From: Rhodothermales bacterium
GTDB lineage: Bacteria; Bacteroidota; Rhodothermia; Rhodothermales; Bin80
NCBI GenBank assembly: GCA_965208025.1
Contig: OZ242302.1
Location: forward strand, 656,727 to 720,726
Reading direction: 5' to 3'
DNA: 64,000 nt
Notes under the pieces: model-generated
Database searches by the model: none
The model's input: the letters and a program-made list of their open reading frames with translations, nothing else
Told to the model about the DNA's origin: nothing
Position numbers and translations under genes: made by a program
Part shown: in pieces, positions 1 through 11,600 of the stretch
Layout: each line of letters starts with the position of its first letter
How positions within the stretch are numbered: the stretch's first letter is position 1

Positions 1-552
1 ATTGAGTTTGTAAATTGTCTTGGGAGTGAACTTTGATTGTGTATATAGAACCGCATCCACAAACTTATCCGATCGCGGAATTGGTGAAAAGGATCGAGTG
101 CGAAAACTAACCAGATTCGGTTGCCCCGATAAATACACCTTGGCGGCTACCTTACCTCCGTGCATTTCTCTGGAGAACAGCACCTTATCACCAATCGCTT
201 GAAAGCCTGTACAGTCTTGTGCAAGTGGAGCGTTGAGAAGTTGAGCAAGCCGGCCCATCATGTCTTTGCCCGAGCTGGTTGCTGCCATCAATACATAATC
301 AAAGGTATCAATGATTTGGGATGCAATGAGCGCAATTTCTTCACTGCTCTGATGTGAGGAGTCAGCGGCAGATCCGAATGCGAAGACATGGGGCGCAATA
401 TTGCAGGCCTCATTATTGGCGCGATCATGCACCATGAGACTCCAACTTCCTCCGAGAGAATCTGAAAGCTCAGATGCAGCCTGACAGACTTCAAGAGTTG
501 GGATCGTCAATTGAGATCCATTCAATTCGGAAATGACAAGAAGGCTAGGCAT
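1..552 (-). CDS. etfA: Electron transfer flavoprotein alpha subunit, N-terminal 184 codons (3' end lies outside the window)
   Basis: Absent from the ORF track because it runs off the window edge. My reverse-strand translation from the ATG at 552-550 gives MPSLLVISELNGSQLTIPTLEVCQAASELS...LMAATSSGKDMMGRLAQLLNAPLAQDCTGF, which matches the ETF-alpha N-terminal domain pattern. It starts 10 nt after the etfB stop, as in etfBA operons. Confidence 0.8.
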   Translation of the reverse strand, partial: MPSLLVISELNGSQLTIPTLEVCQAASELSDSLGGSWSLMVHDRANNEACNIAPHVFAFGSAADSSHQSSEEIALIASQIIDTFDYVLMAATSSGKDMMGRLAQLLNAPLAQDCTGFQAIGDKVLFSREMHGGKVAAKVYLSGQPNLVSFRTRSFSPIPRSDKFVDAVLYTQSKFTPKTIYKLN

Positions 553-562
553 CTGTACTCCG

Positions 563-1324
563 TCAGATCACTTTGGCCTGCTCTCTCAGAAGTGTGACAA
601 CTTCGGCGGCAGTTCCATCTTGGTAATTAAAGATTTTCCCCTCTGACCGTGATTTAGTAAGCTCCAACAGTTCTATGTGAAGTTGCGCAGGCTGCAAATT
701 AATTTGAACTTTTTCAACTGGCTTCCGCTTAGCCTTCATGATGCCTTTGAAAGAGGGATAGCGAGGTTCCTTGATCCGACGATTAATCCCAATCACAGCT
801 GGAAGCTGGCAGGTATGAATTTCGTCACCTTGATCAATGGGATGCTTGGCAGTAAGTTGGCCAGATTCAATCTTCAACTCTTCCACTCCCGTGATACATG
901 GCCAATCAAGCAACACGCCCAAACGTTGAGGAACCTGAGCCCCTGCCCCATCAATCGCAAGCTCACCTGTCAATACTAAATCAAAATCATGGGATTGAAT
1001 TTGGGTCGCAAGTGCCTCTGCAACAATACTTGAATCATCGGGCATCTCATTACAACAAAGGTGAACCGCACGGTCTGCCCCCATGGCTAAACCTTGACGC
1101 AGAGCACTTTCAACGCGATGAGGGCCAAGAGAGAGCAATGTAACTGTACCTTGCACATTCTCACACAGCATTACTGCCACCTCAATTGCTGACTCATCAT
1201 GCGGATTGATGATCCAAACTAACCCGTCGTCAATGATGTGTGTTTGATCTGAGCTCAAGACGGGTTTTGACTCAGTATCGGCAGTTTGTATTACACAAAC
1301 AGCAATATTCATATGCTTACCCAA
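563..1324 (-). CDS. etfB: Electron transfer flavoprotein beta subunit
   Basis: 253-aa ORF. MNIAVCVIQTADTE...INPHDESAIEVAV...LSLGP...ALRQGLAMGADRAVHL is the typical ETF-beta layout. The true start may be the internal MNIAV (1312). Confidence 0.9.
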   Translation of the reverse strand: MGKHMNIAVCVIQTADTESKPVLSSDQTHIIDDGLVWIINPHDESAIEVAVMLCENVQGTVTLLSLGPHRVESALRQGLAMGADRAVHLCCNEMPDDSSIVAEALATQIQSHDFDLVLTGELAIDGAGAQVPQRLGVLLDWPCITGVEELKIESGQLTAKHPIDQGDEIHTCQLPAVIGINRRIKEPRYPSFKGIMKAKRKPVEKVQINLQPAQLHIELLELTKSRSEGKIFNYQDGTAAEVVTLLREQAKVI

Positions 1325-2079
1325 AAATGGATGCTATTTTAGTTCTATTAGGATTGATGGGGATAGAGTAACATTACAAAAAGTCATAGTGAACCCGTCT
1401 CTGATCAGTATGAAATGAGCGTAAGGAAAGATCAAATTATTGAGTGAATCATGATATGGAAAGTATCGGTCATGATCTTAAAAGTGTGTATTTATCGTCA
1501 TAGAGAATGAGTGAACGATTGAGCTGAGGAAATCAAATTATGCAGATGGCTGTTCGGATTTATAGTCCATTTGGTTGAAAAATTTCCTGGTGTACTTCTA
1601 CACGGCAGTCCCTTAGAGGCTCACTCAATAAGAAGAGATTGGATTTGTATTTGGAAAGAATAGACATCTGTGACCGATGAGATATGTTGCTTGTCCAATT
1701 CCTGTATTCATTTCATTAAGAATGATCCGAGCAAAGCAACTGAGCAAACAGGTCAAGTCTATTCACCTGATAAATGAGTGTTGAACGATTAAGTCTATTC
1801 CTTAACTGCTTTGCCGAGAGCTGAAAAGTACCATCACTTTTACGTAATTGTAATCGGAAACTGAATAACATAATCGATCTGCTCGCCGCGATGGATCGGT
1901 GAGGAATCGTTAAATTATCCCTGAATACAGTCATATGGAAAAATTTTGGATATCCCTCGGAGTATCCATTAAATCTCTATATTTGTACGGTTCACTCTTC
2001 ATTTCTGATTATAATTGTGTATTGCACTTTAACTTTGGATCTTGCATCCTGTATCCAGACTTCATGACCTAATAATTCC

Positions 2080-2550
2080 ATGACTCGTACCATTTTATCA
2101 GTTTTACTCATTGCATTTTTTGGCTTATCTCATGCTATTGCACAGCATTCGGAGATTGATTCGGTACTAAGTGACTTCCACCTTGCCGCATCCGAAGCTG
2201 ATTATGATCGGTACTTTGGGCATCTTGCCGAAGAGAGTATATTTATGGGAACGGATATGTCCGAACGATGGACCAAAAACGAGTTCCAGGACTACGCAAA
2301 ACCTCATTTTGATTCGGGGCGCGGGTGGACTTATGTTCACACCGATCGGAATATCTATCTTGCCGAAGATGCGAAAACCGCATGGTTTGATGAGATCCTC
2401 GTGAATGAAAAATTAGGGAATGTGCGTGGGACTGGCGCGCTTTCTCTTGATGATGATTCATGGAAAATTGTTCAATATCATCTCACTCTCCCAGTCCCCA
2501 ATGATTTAATTTACTCCTTAGTTGAAATGATTCGTGAACAGTCCCCTTAA
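2080..2550 (+). CDS. Secreted NTF2/SnoaL-like fold protein (DUF4440-like)
   Basis: 156 aa with a signal peptide (LLIAFFGLSHAIAQ). The size and the pattern FHLAASEADYDRYFGHLAEESIFMGTD...W resemble the nuclear-transport-factor-2 family. Confidence 0.55.
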   Translation: MTRTILSVLLIAFFGLSHAIAQHSEIDSVLSDFHLAASEADYDRYFGHLAEESIFMGTDMSERWTKNEFQDYAKPHFDSGRGWTYVHTDRNIYLAEDAKTAWFDEILVNEKLGNVRGTGALSLDDDSWKIVQYHLTLPVPNDLIYSLVEMIREQSP

Positions 2551-2871
2551 AGACCTATCCTCTATTGCCTTATTCTCCTTATCCAAGTAAAGCATAGTCA
2601 AGCCAGTTTTAACCCATCAAGTAGAATCCTACCAAATAAGTTGTTCCGTGCGGTTCAGCCACTGATCCTTTATTCCCACATTCTAATGTGTTGATGACAC
2701 TCCAAATGAAGGGAATCCACTGATCACTATAGATCTGAGATATTGGACTTCTAGCAAACGACTTGATTTCCCAATAAATACGATGGCAATATGCAACCAT
2801 ACGTACGAATGGACCAGCACCAAGTATCTTATATGAAGCATCATTCTTGTTGGTGCAATTGAATGTGCGCG

Positions 2872-3978
2872 CTATGAAATTACGTAGGCAACTAGTATAT
2901 CTGAACCATCCTTTGCACTCAAAATCCCATAAGCTTTTCCATTACGAATCGCTTTGAGACGTAGATGAAGTGGTAACTCTACGGAGGAAATTAGATGTCC
3001 GCTTAGGTCCAGAACCAAACACAATGCCGTAGTTTCTCCCTCTGCTGCACTCAGATGTACCCAAACTTGTTCTTGACCGTCAACCACAAGATTCTGCACT
3101 GCGGGCTTAAACTTTGGTCTTCCAAGATCCTCAAGCACACGACGCCACCTTCGACTCAGTTTTCTGCGCTCGGTTCGTAACTCACGTGAAGTGATGGGGA
3201 CCAAGTCCCTATTCCACCGTAAACTATCTTCCAGAACCCCATTTTCAGAATAAACTGAAACCGCGTTGATATCCCCCTGTGAAAAGTACATCCTGCCCTG
3301 ACCACTGACACGCATATGAGGGGTAACCCGAAAAGGGTGGGAGATCATAGCGTACCCCCCATCACGAGATTCATGAACCATTACCCCAAGGTTCTGCATA
3401 CTCACGATAGGATCGGACAGAATTTTCTCGCCCTTGCGATCTATCAAGTATGCGTCTCGGAATTGATTCGCCTGATTATCAGTACCGTCCTGAAAACCGC
3501 TCGTGAATGAGAGGAGAAATCCATTAGATACCACCCCAACCAACGAAAGTGGATACAAGTTTTCCATTGAACTAATCCTAAGCGATTCAACAAAATCATA
3601 GCTCTCAGGAGAAAACAAACTTATCCTGCCATTATCATGGTCAAAGACAAACAAGCTGTCTCCTTTCCCAATAAACACACTTCCTACTTGGGTGAATTCA
3701 TCCGGACCTTTTCCCTTTTTTCCAACTTCTTGAAGAAGAGTACCATCGTTGCCAGAAAAAACATAAACAGCAGGATGAGACCAGTCCACAACGTGAACGC
3801 TCCCCTTGGAATCCACGGCAAGGTCTAATATGCTATCGAATAATATATCATCACCAGGGGCTCCAACTCGCCAGAGCTCCTGGAGTCCCTGGGGGATTTT
3901 TGCACTCGGTGCGTCCTGCCCATAGGATAGGTGGTTGGGTAGTCCTATATAAAAAAGTAAAATAAGGGAACTGGCCAA
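2872..3978 (-). CDS. 6-bladed beta-propeller (TolB/NHL-like) exported protein
   Basis: 368 aa with a hydrophobic N-terminus. Repeated strand-rich blades (VDSKGSVHVVD, GDSLFVFDHDNGRISLF, GRMYFSQGD) are typical of the FCB-group 6-bladed beta-propeller family. Confidence 0.5.
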   Translation of the reverse strand: MASSLILLFYIGLPNHLSYGQDAPSAKIPQGLQELWRVGAPGDDILFDSILDLAVDSKGSVHVVDWSHPAVYVFSGNDGTLLQEVGKKGKGPDEFTQVGSVFIGKGDSLFVFDHDNGRISLFSPESYDFVESLRISSMENLYPLSLVGVVSNGFLLSFTSGFQDGTDNQANQFRDAYLIDRKGEKILSDPIVSMQNLGVMVHESRDGGYAMISHPFRVTPHMRVSGQGRMYFSQGDINAVSVYSENGVLEDSLRWNRDLVPITSRELRTERRKLSRRWRRVLEDLGRPKFKPAVQNLVVDGQEQVWVHLSAAEGETTALCLVLDLSGHLISSVELPLHLRLKAIRNGKAYGILSAKDGSDILVAYVIS

Positions 3979-4168
3979 ACCCAGACCGACCCGAATGTGT
4001 GTAGATTATTCCCAAGTTTTGAACAAAGATCATCAGGTTGGTGGTAAGGTTCTAAAAATTTTGAGAAGGGTATAGAGAGTTGATCTACGAGTTAGTCCAA
4101 TATTCTGTGGTTATACGTCGCATATTAGAAGAAATTTAGTGATGCAGTAATATTCCGATCTGAGTCGC

Positions 4169-7100
4169 CTAAGATTTCATACGGGAGACAATACTATAGA
4201 GTACTGGAACAATAAATAGGGTCAGAACAGATGCACTTGTTAAACCTCCTACAATTGCGATTGCCAGAGGAGCTCGGAGTTCAGCTCCTTGGCCAAATCC
4301 CATTGCTAAGGGCAATAATCCCAGAACGGTCGTGATGGTCGTCATCAATATTGGACGGACCCGATCATGGCCCGCCGCAAGGATTGCCTCCCGAATCGGC
4401 ATGCCCGCCGCACGACGCTGATTAATAAAATCCGTTTTGATTATAGCATCATTTACCACAATCCCTACTAATACGACCGTACCCATCAGACTCATTAGAT
4501 TAATTGACTGACCGGTAAGACCAAGCACAAAGGAAACGCCTGCCACCGCCAATGGGACGGAGATGAGGATGATCAAGGGTTGCACTAAATTCTCAAACTG
4601 CGCTGCTAAAATCAGGTACACAAGAACTAAACTCAATAGTAGGCTCAGAGCAACACCATGCAAGCTCTGTTGAAATACTTCAACAGATCCCCCCACTTGA
4701 CTGCGCACCGTCAACGGTAGAGATTTACTCGTGACATCATTCACAGCATTGATTGCATCTGTAAGATCATATCCTAATTGGATATCGGCCGTCAACCGGA
4801 GGACAGAGGCCTGCTCTACTCGAACAAGTGCGGCGGGGAGTGGGATGGACTGAATTGAGACAAATTCAGCAATGGGCATCAACCCATCATGGGTAGGAAT
4901 CTGTTCCGCTAATAACCGTTCAACAGAATCAATGTGACGCGATCGCAATATGATCGGGACTTCTTCATTCACTGTATTGAGAGTCGTAGCCTCAGCCCCT
5001 CGAGCACCAGACTCAAGATAGGAGGTAAGCGTTGGAACAGACACTCCATAACGATTCATCACATCTCGCTTAAATGTCAGTTGATAGGTAGGGACAGAGG
5101 CAGCATCCATGCGGCGGACATTGACCAATTCGGAGCGAGCCTCCAACAACTCTTGGACTTGCCAAACTACTGCCTCCGCATTCCGACGATCCTCACTCAC
5201 TAAATCAATCAATAGATCCGCATCACTTACTGTCAATAATTGCTCCAGTTGTGTTTCTACTCGCTGTGCCTTGATCGCAACGTCATTCGGCAACGTCATT
5301 GACTGCAAGGCAGACAGAATTTCATCTGCCTTCATGTTGGAGGGTAAGATCAACGTAATATCCCCTTCGTAAGGTGGTCGCGGATCCAGATCAAGACGCG
5401 CCTGATCACGCTCACCCAAATCGGCGAGGACTCTATCTGCCCAACCTCTGGCCTTGGCTTGTGATTCAATCTCAGATGCACGAGCGGCAACCATAGTAAT
5501 GTCGGCATCCGTCGGGAGAGTAATCCGAATATCTACTCGTCCTTGTTCCGTTTTAGGAATGACCTCACGAGGGAGATTCAAAATGAGCACTCCAGCCCCG
5601 ATCAGTAATATCATAGAGAACATCATGACAGACCAGCGATGATCCAAGCTCCATGAAAGTGTATGCCCATAACGAGTCAACAACCGTGATCCAATTGCGG
5701 AGCAAGGCTTGAATTGGTTCTCAGTGTCTCGCCCGCGGGAGATGATGAGCGGAACAACTGTTAAAGCGACCAACAACGAGGCCAGAAGTGAACAGACAAC
5801 CGCCAGTGACTGATCTCGAAAGAGTCGACCCGCCAATCCCTCTACTAATGTGATTGGTAAAAAAACCGCAATCGTTGTAAGTGTGCTAGCCGTGATCGCA
5901 CCTGCGACCTCCGAAGCACCATTACGAGCTGCCTCAAAGGTTGACTGCCCCTGCTCTTTCAACCTAGTCACATTCTCAATGACAACAATTGCATTATCTA
6001 CCAGCATGCCTGCACCTAATGCCAACCCACTCAATGAAATTAGATTGAATGTCACATGAAGAGGCTCAAAGAAAACCAGTGCGACACCAATGGAGAGTGG
6101 TACGGCAAGGGCGGCCGCCATCAGAGCTCTCAGTCGCCCAAGGAAGGCAAACAGTACAATGATTGCGAGGATTCCACCCAGTAGAATTGCCTGAGTCACA
6201 CCTCCAATCGCAGCTTTGATGAATTCGCTTTCATCAACGATCACATCCAACGCAATCTGTTCATATTCCTCTTCTAATGCGTCAAGGACTGCGCGAATTT
6301 CTTCAACAGCCTGAACAACATTTGCATCTGCTTTCCGCTCAACCAGAAGCAGAAGAGTCTCCGCTCCATCTAGACGAACCATACCTCGACGATCCGCCAC
6401 CGCGTCACGCACCTGAGCTACATCTCGCAGCCTGATTGGGATATTATTTCTCGTAGAAATTACTGTCTGAGCAATATCATCGGTTGTCTTGAACTCCCCA
6501 CTAATCTCAACAGGGTACCGAAATGGACCTCGACGGATCACACCTCCCTGAATGGCTACGTTTGAAACCTCAAGTTGCTGTTCAATCTGATTGAGATTGA
6601 TTCCATAGGTCAGCATTCGCTGGGGATCTACCTCCACCTCGATGCGACGTTCAAATCCCCCAGTTACCTGCACGCGTGCTACATCACTTAGCTGTTCAAT
6701 GCGACGCGCAATCAAATCTCTTCCCACTCGCTTCAACTCCATTAAATCCTCTGATTGGATATTCCCTTGGTCTCCATTCTGGTAACGAAGTGCAATGATC
6801 ATAATGGGACGATCACCCGGATCAAGGTGAAGGACCGCTGGCCTGGATGCCTCCCTTGGAAACAGATCCCCCAATCGGTCAAGGTTTTCTCGTACATCCA
6901 GCAGGGCTAAGTCTAAATCTGAATTCCAACCAAACTGCAAATGCACGAGACTGCCGCCCAGCAAAGTACGTGAGGTGACTCGCGAGAGTCCAGCCGTTCC
7001 AGCAACGGCTTGTTCGATCCGCTCCGTGACCGCTCGCTCAACCCGATCGGGAGGTACATCCGGGTAGCTGGTCCAAACGACCAATCCTGGATACTGCAAA

Positions 7101-7219
7101 TCAGGGAGCAGAGCAACTGGTAACCGTACCCATGCAACGGCAGCCAGAATAACAAGGAGAATAAAGAATGCTGAGACAGCAACGGGACGATTCAGGCAGA
7201 AAGAGATTAATGTTTTCAT
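4169..7219 (-). CDS. RND efflux transporter permease (AcrB/HAE1-like)
   Basis: 1016 aa with 12-TM/2-large-loop architecture. It starts MKTLISFCLNRPVAVSAFFILL and contains conserved VDNAIVVIENV and VVNDAII motifs. Confidence 0.92.
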   Translation of the reverse strand: MKTLISFCLNRPVAVSAFFILLVILAAVAWVRLPVALLPDLQYPGLVVWTSYPDVPPDRVERAVTERIEQAVAGTAGLSRVTSRTLLGGSLVHLQFGWNSDLDLALLDVRENLDRLGDLFPREASRPAVLHLDPGDRPIMIIALRYQNGDQGNIQSEDLMELKRVGRDLIARRIEQLSDVARVQVTGGFERRIEVEVDPQRMLTYGINLNQIEQQLEVSNVAIQGGVIRRGPFRYPVEISGEFKTTDDIAQTVISTRNNIPIRLRDVAQVRDAVADRRGMVRLDGAETLLLLVERKADANVVQAVEEIRAVLDALEEEYEQIALDVIVDESEFIKAAIGGVTQAILLGGILAIIVLFAFLGRLRALMAAALAVPLSIGVALVFFEPLHVTFNLISLSGLALGAGMLVDNAIVVIENVTRLKEQGQSTFEAARNGASEVAGAITASTLTTIAVFLPITLVEGLAGRLFRDQSLAVVCSLLASLLVALTVVPLIISRGRDTENQFKPCSAIGSRLLTRYGHTLSWSLDHRWSVMMFSMILLIGAGVLILNLPREVIPKTEQGRVDIRITLPTDADITMVAARASEIESQAKARGWADRVLADLGERDQARLDLDPRPPYEGDITLILPSNMKADEILSALQSMTLPNDVAIKAQRVETQLEQLLTVSDADLLIDLVSEDRRNAEAVVWQVQELLEARSELVNVRRMDAASVPTYQLTFKRDVMNRYGVSVPTLTSYLESGARGAEATTLNTVNEEVPIILRSRHIDSVERLLAEQIPTHDGLMPIAEFVSIQSIPLPAALVRVEQASVLRLTADIQLGYDLTDAINAVNDVTSKSLPLTVRSQVGGSVEVFQQSLHGVALSLLLSLVLVYLILAAQFENLVQPLIILISVPLAVAGVSFVLGLTGQSINLMSLMGTVVLVGIVVNDAIIKTDFINQRRAAGMPIREAILAAGHDRVRPILMTTITTVLGLLPLAMGFGQGAELRAPLAIAIVGGLTSASVLTLFIVPVLYSIVSRMKS

Positions 7220-7248
7220 ACCCGATCCGAAAGACCAGCAATAAGGGT

Positions 7249-8580
7249 TTATTGGAGCCCGAGGACGACGATATTTGTCACTTCCACGGGGACATCATGC
7301 GCTAAAGCATAGTTTCCCGATACAATCAGCGAGTCGCCTGGCTCCACCACACTTGGGGGATCTCCGCCAATGATTTCCGTAAAATCTTCCGAACGTTCAC
7401 CTACGTTCACATACATCCAGTAGGACCTTCCCCCTTTCACCAAAAAGACAACATCTCTTCCCTGCCGAACAACGACCGCATCCGATGGAGCAATCATCCG
7501 ATCCTCTAAACGATTCTTCTCCAGAGCCACATCTGCATATAAACCAGAGACTAATCGTCCACCCGGATTCGAAAGGGCTACGGTGACTCTTCCAGATCCA
7601 GTTTTTGGATCAACATATGGATTAACAGCATGAACATAGCCTTGAAAAACTTCATCACTGTAGCTGGGTACTACGACATTCGCAGTGACTCCGGGACGAA
7701 TGTGAACCAAATCTCCCTCAAGTACATCTACGGACACCTTCATTCGCTGATCCTGAAGAAGAGTAAGAAGATGAACTCCAGTTCCAACATGCTGTCCCTC
7801 CTCAACTTGAAGATCCGCAACTCGACCTGCGAACGGAGCAACGACTTGGGTACGCTCTAATTGCAGGCGTGCCTGCTCTACTTGTTGTTCACGCTGAGTC
7901 AAATTAGTATAGACAGCCGTGACGTTTTCGCGTTGATTTCCAGCCAGCACATCCATCGCCTCAAAGTGTCTACGAACATTGTTCAGTTCCGACTGTGTGA
8001 TGGAGCCATCATCAAATGCGACCTTTGCGCGCGTCAGGCGAGACCTTGCCTCAGAAAGTTTCGTTGTATCCCCAGCGACGGGATCCCCTGCACTACTGAG
8101 TTTGACTGCATATTCCGCGCGTGCCTGCAGAAGAGCTGCTTCAGCCTCGGCGAGACGGATTCTGAGTTCCCGATCATCCAGGCGCATTAGAACCTGTCCT
8201 GATTCGACACGCTGTCCCTCTTCTACGGGGCGTTCAAGAATCAACCCTCCTACCTGCGCACTTATTTTGGATTCTCGCCAAGGGGCCAAATGTCCAGTAG
8301 CCTTGGCACGAAGTGGAAATTCTCTCCGTTCCAATACTAATACTTCAACAGGTGCCCGAGAGAGTTCCGGCTCCTCGAGAATCTGCCGATCACCATCAAC
8401 ATCTTCACCCACCACCGCTGGCCAAACTCCATAGAGAACCAAACCAATTGTGGAGAGGAGCAGAAGAATACCAAATATGTGCCAGAGGCGAACCCTGCGA
8501 AAAAAAGAGGATTGAATCGCCATGCGTGCCCTGAATGGTGCCTGAGAATCCAGATTCACTTCGTCCACAGACCAAAGCAT
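7249..8580 (-). CDS. RND efflux membrane fusion protein (HlyD/AcrA family periplasmic adaptor)
   Basis: 443-aa ORF ending 30 nt upstream of the permease start. It has an N-terminal TM (WHIFGILLLLSTIGLVLYGV), a coiled-coil hairpin (LRIRLAEAEAALLQARAEY...LERTQVVAPFAGRV) and a beta-barrel domain. The start may be the internal M at 8523. Confidence 0.88.
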   Translation of the reverse strand: MLWSVDEVNLDSQAPFRARMAIQSSFFRRVRLWHIFGILLLLSTIGLVLYGVWPAVVGEDVDGDRQILEEPELSRAPVEVLVLERREFPLRAKATGHLAPWRESKISAQVGGLILERPVEEGQRVESGQVLMRLDDRELRIRLAEAEAALLQARAEYAVKLSSAGDPVAGDTTKLSEARSRLTRAKVAFDDGSITQSELNNVRRHFEAMDVLAGNQRENVTAVYTNLTQREQQVEQARLQLERTQVVAPFAGRVADLQVEEGQHVGTGVHLLTLLQDQRMKVSVDVLEGDLVHIRPGVTANVVVPSYSDEVFQGYVHAVNPYVDPKTGSGRVTVALSNPGGRLVSGLYADVALEKNRLEDRMIAPSDAVVVRQGRDVVFLVKGGRSYWMYVNVGERSEDFTEIIGGDPPSVVEPGDSLIVSGNYALAHDVPVEVTNIVVLGLQ

Positions 8581-8654
8581 AGCCTGAGACTACACAAGAA
8601 TTAGGAACGTACGATCATCTATAAAGTTGGTTCAACCGATTTGACGCTACTCTA

Positions 8655-11600
8655 ATGCTCAATAAAGGAGTCTCTGGACTTCTTAAACGACCGATTGCCG
8701 TACTCTCTTGGTCCATCGCCATTCTATTGGCTGGAATCTGGGCGGCACTTGACATTCCAATTGAGTATTCACCGAACACGGAACTCCCCCGAGTTCGTAT
8801 TTCTGCATCATGGCCGGGGGCCTCTCCCAGACAGGTTGAGCGCTATGTCACCGCCCCGATTGAGCGTGAGATCCAAATCGTTCCCGGCATTTCTGAGATC
8901 AACAGCCTGTCCTCAGAGGGACATTCCCATATCCAAATCCAAGTTGACCCAGAGATTGACCTGAGTACCTTCAGCACTCAGATCGGAGAAAACCTGACCC
9001 TCCTTCGTGACCGGCTGCCAGAGAATGTTTCGCCCCGTTTGACAAAAGAAATTCCAGAAGTTTTTCGGGATGTTCAAGGATTTATGACGCTTCGGCTGAT
9101 TGGCCCCTACAAGCCCGACTCACTTCGGAAAATTGCAGATGAACTACTGAAACCCAAGTTTGAAAGTCTGCCTGGAATTGATTTAGTTGAAGTGACTGGT
9201 GGCAGTGAGCGTGAACTGCTGATTGCATTAGAGCCAGACCGGTTGGATGCTTATGGAATAGAGTATGGTGATGTGATCTGGAAAATTGGCTCAGCGCTAC
9301 GCGATCATGTCTTTGGTCGATTGGATGCACATGGTAGAGGGCATCTAATGATCAATAAGCCAGAACTTGACCTAAATCGACTTTCATCCATCATTGTCAG
9401 TCAAAGCACATCAGGGGAACTTCCCATCCGTCTTGACGATGTTGCCAGCCTAAAATTAGGTCAAGCTCCTCAACAAAGTATCCGCCGGATTGATGGACAT
9501 AATGCCGTTGCTCTTGATCTGGAACGCACTCGCGGATCCCATATTCTAGACGTTGCAGAAGCCACCTATGATCGGATCCATGAGATCCAGTCCTCTCTTC
9601 CAGAGAATACAAGACTTCTAGTTGTTCTGGATCGTACGGAGGATGTCCGCGAATTGCTGGATGATCTGACCTTGCGCGGGGGAATTGGACTCCTCTTGGT
9701 GATTCTGGTTTTAGTATTTATGCTCAAAAGCGTTCGTGCCACGATCATTGTGCTGTTCAGTGTTAGCGTAGCCCTTGCGCCCGCACTTGCACTCTTTCGG
9801 TTCTTTGACCTTTCGCTGAATATCATCACACTTGCAGGACTGGTGCTGGTGTTTGGACTTCTTGTAGATAATAGCGTGGTAGTTGTGGAGCAACTCCTTA
9901 TGCAACAAAACAAACTCCGCGGCCGGGGAATGAGCCAACTTGAATTATATACCGCTCGCACCCTTGAAGCCATGCGAGCGGTCTGGCTACCTCTGTTGGG
10001 CGGTACATTAAGCACCATGGCGGTCATGCTTCCACTTGTATATCTGAGTGGAGATCTGCGCGATTTATTTTTACCCTTTGGGGTTCTGGTCAGTCTTACC
10101 CTATTGATTTCATTGATCAGCGCAGTGACCTTTGTACCCGTCGTTGTACGTTTTCTGCCTTCAAAAATTGAAAAACCCCAATGGACATGGCTCCGACGTT
10201 CCATTGCTGTCCCCTATGCTCTGGTTGTTCGTTTCCCGAAAATAGCACTACTGGTGCTAATACTCATTCTTGGCACCCCGCTCTGGAAACTTCCTGCGGA
10301 GATAAATCAGCCTCGAGAGGGATGGTCTGGTGAGATTCAGGAACGCTTTGCACATATGTACAACGTTTCTGTGGGATCTATTTTTGTTCAAGATGTTAGA
10401 GAATATCTTGATCCTCTAACGGGTGGAGTACTAAGACCATTCTTCCGAAATGTATCATTCTACAAGCCCTGGAGCTATCCCGAACGACAAAGCATTTATG
10501 TTCGCTTGGGGTTCCCCAAGGGAAATACGATTGAACGCAGTGATTCACTTATTGCGACATTTGAGCAAACTGCATTGGCAGAGGAGAGCGTCTATCAAAC
10601 CGATGTACGGATCAGCGAGGGAGTTGCGCTACTAAACATTGAATTCAAGAAAGGCTCCTTAAAGACTCCAGGTCCTCACATTCTTCAACGAAAACTGGTT
10701 GGACAGGCAATTTTACTTGGGGGAATGTCTGTATCTGTGGGAGAGATTATCCCGCAAACAGGTTATTACAGCGGTGGTGGTAGTGGAATGAGTGGTGCGA
10801 GTGTACGCTTTTACGGACCTAATTACGAGGACCTGGATGCTTTGGTTCACCGATTTGGTGAGTCTATCTCTCGTCAAAGTCGACGAGTTCATAGTATTGA
10901 TTACAACGCTACACGAAATACCTGGATACAAAATCAGGCTCGCCAGATATTACAGTTTGACTGGACGGCAGATGCGACGGCCCGAACCGGCGTTCAGGCT
11001 TACTGGCTGAATCATCGCTTACGTCCCTACTTTAATACAACTCATCCTCGCTGGCGGGCGGACATCGCTGGAGACTCACGAGTTCCGATCCGCTTGATCA
11101 TTAACGAAGCATCAACCCTTGATATTGATCGAATTATCCAACGTCCTCTCATCGTCAATGACAGTTCGATGTTTCGGCTTGCCGGTCTGGCAGACTATAA
11201 AATTGTTGAGATGGCGGCCGAGATTGAACGGGAGAATCAACAATATGTCCGGCGGATCAATGTGGACTATCGTGGCCCATTTAAAATGAGAACAGAGTTC
11301 ATGGAGCGTGCAGTTGACTCATTCTCGATCCCCCCTGGGTATCAAGTGGAAACTGGATATTCATTCTTTTTTACTGAGGAGACAAAGCGTGCCTTCGGCT
11401 GGGTATTTGGGGCAACCATCCTACTGGTATTTCTGGTCACTGCTTCCATATTTGAGTCTTGGCGCCTCCCTTTGGTCGTCATGCTTAGCGTTCCACTCGC
11501 GGCAGTAGGTGTCTGCATCGGCTTCCTATTTACTGGTGTTAGCTTCGTAGAGGGTGCATTTATTGGGATGGTTCTATTAATTGGAATTGCGGTAAACGAT

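Noticed and set aside
2609-2800. A 63-aa minus-strand ORF downstream of the beta-propeller gene.
   Set aside because: The frame stays open further upstream and the sequence has some protein-like character, but I recognise no motif and see no clear start. There is insufficient support to call a gene.
9566-10204. A 212-aa minus-strand ORF, plus other long antisense ORFs such as 7979-8434, 42847-43257 and 30231-30530.
   Set aside because: They lie entirely antisense within strongly supported genes (RND permease, adaptor, transposase, MlaE). They have Ser/Arg/Thr-rich low-complexity translations typical of shadow ORFs.
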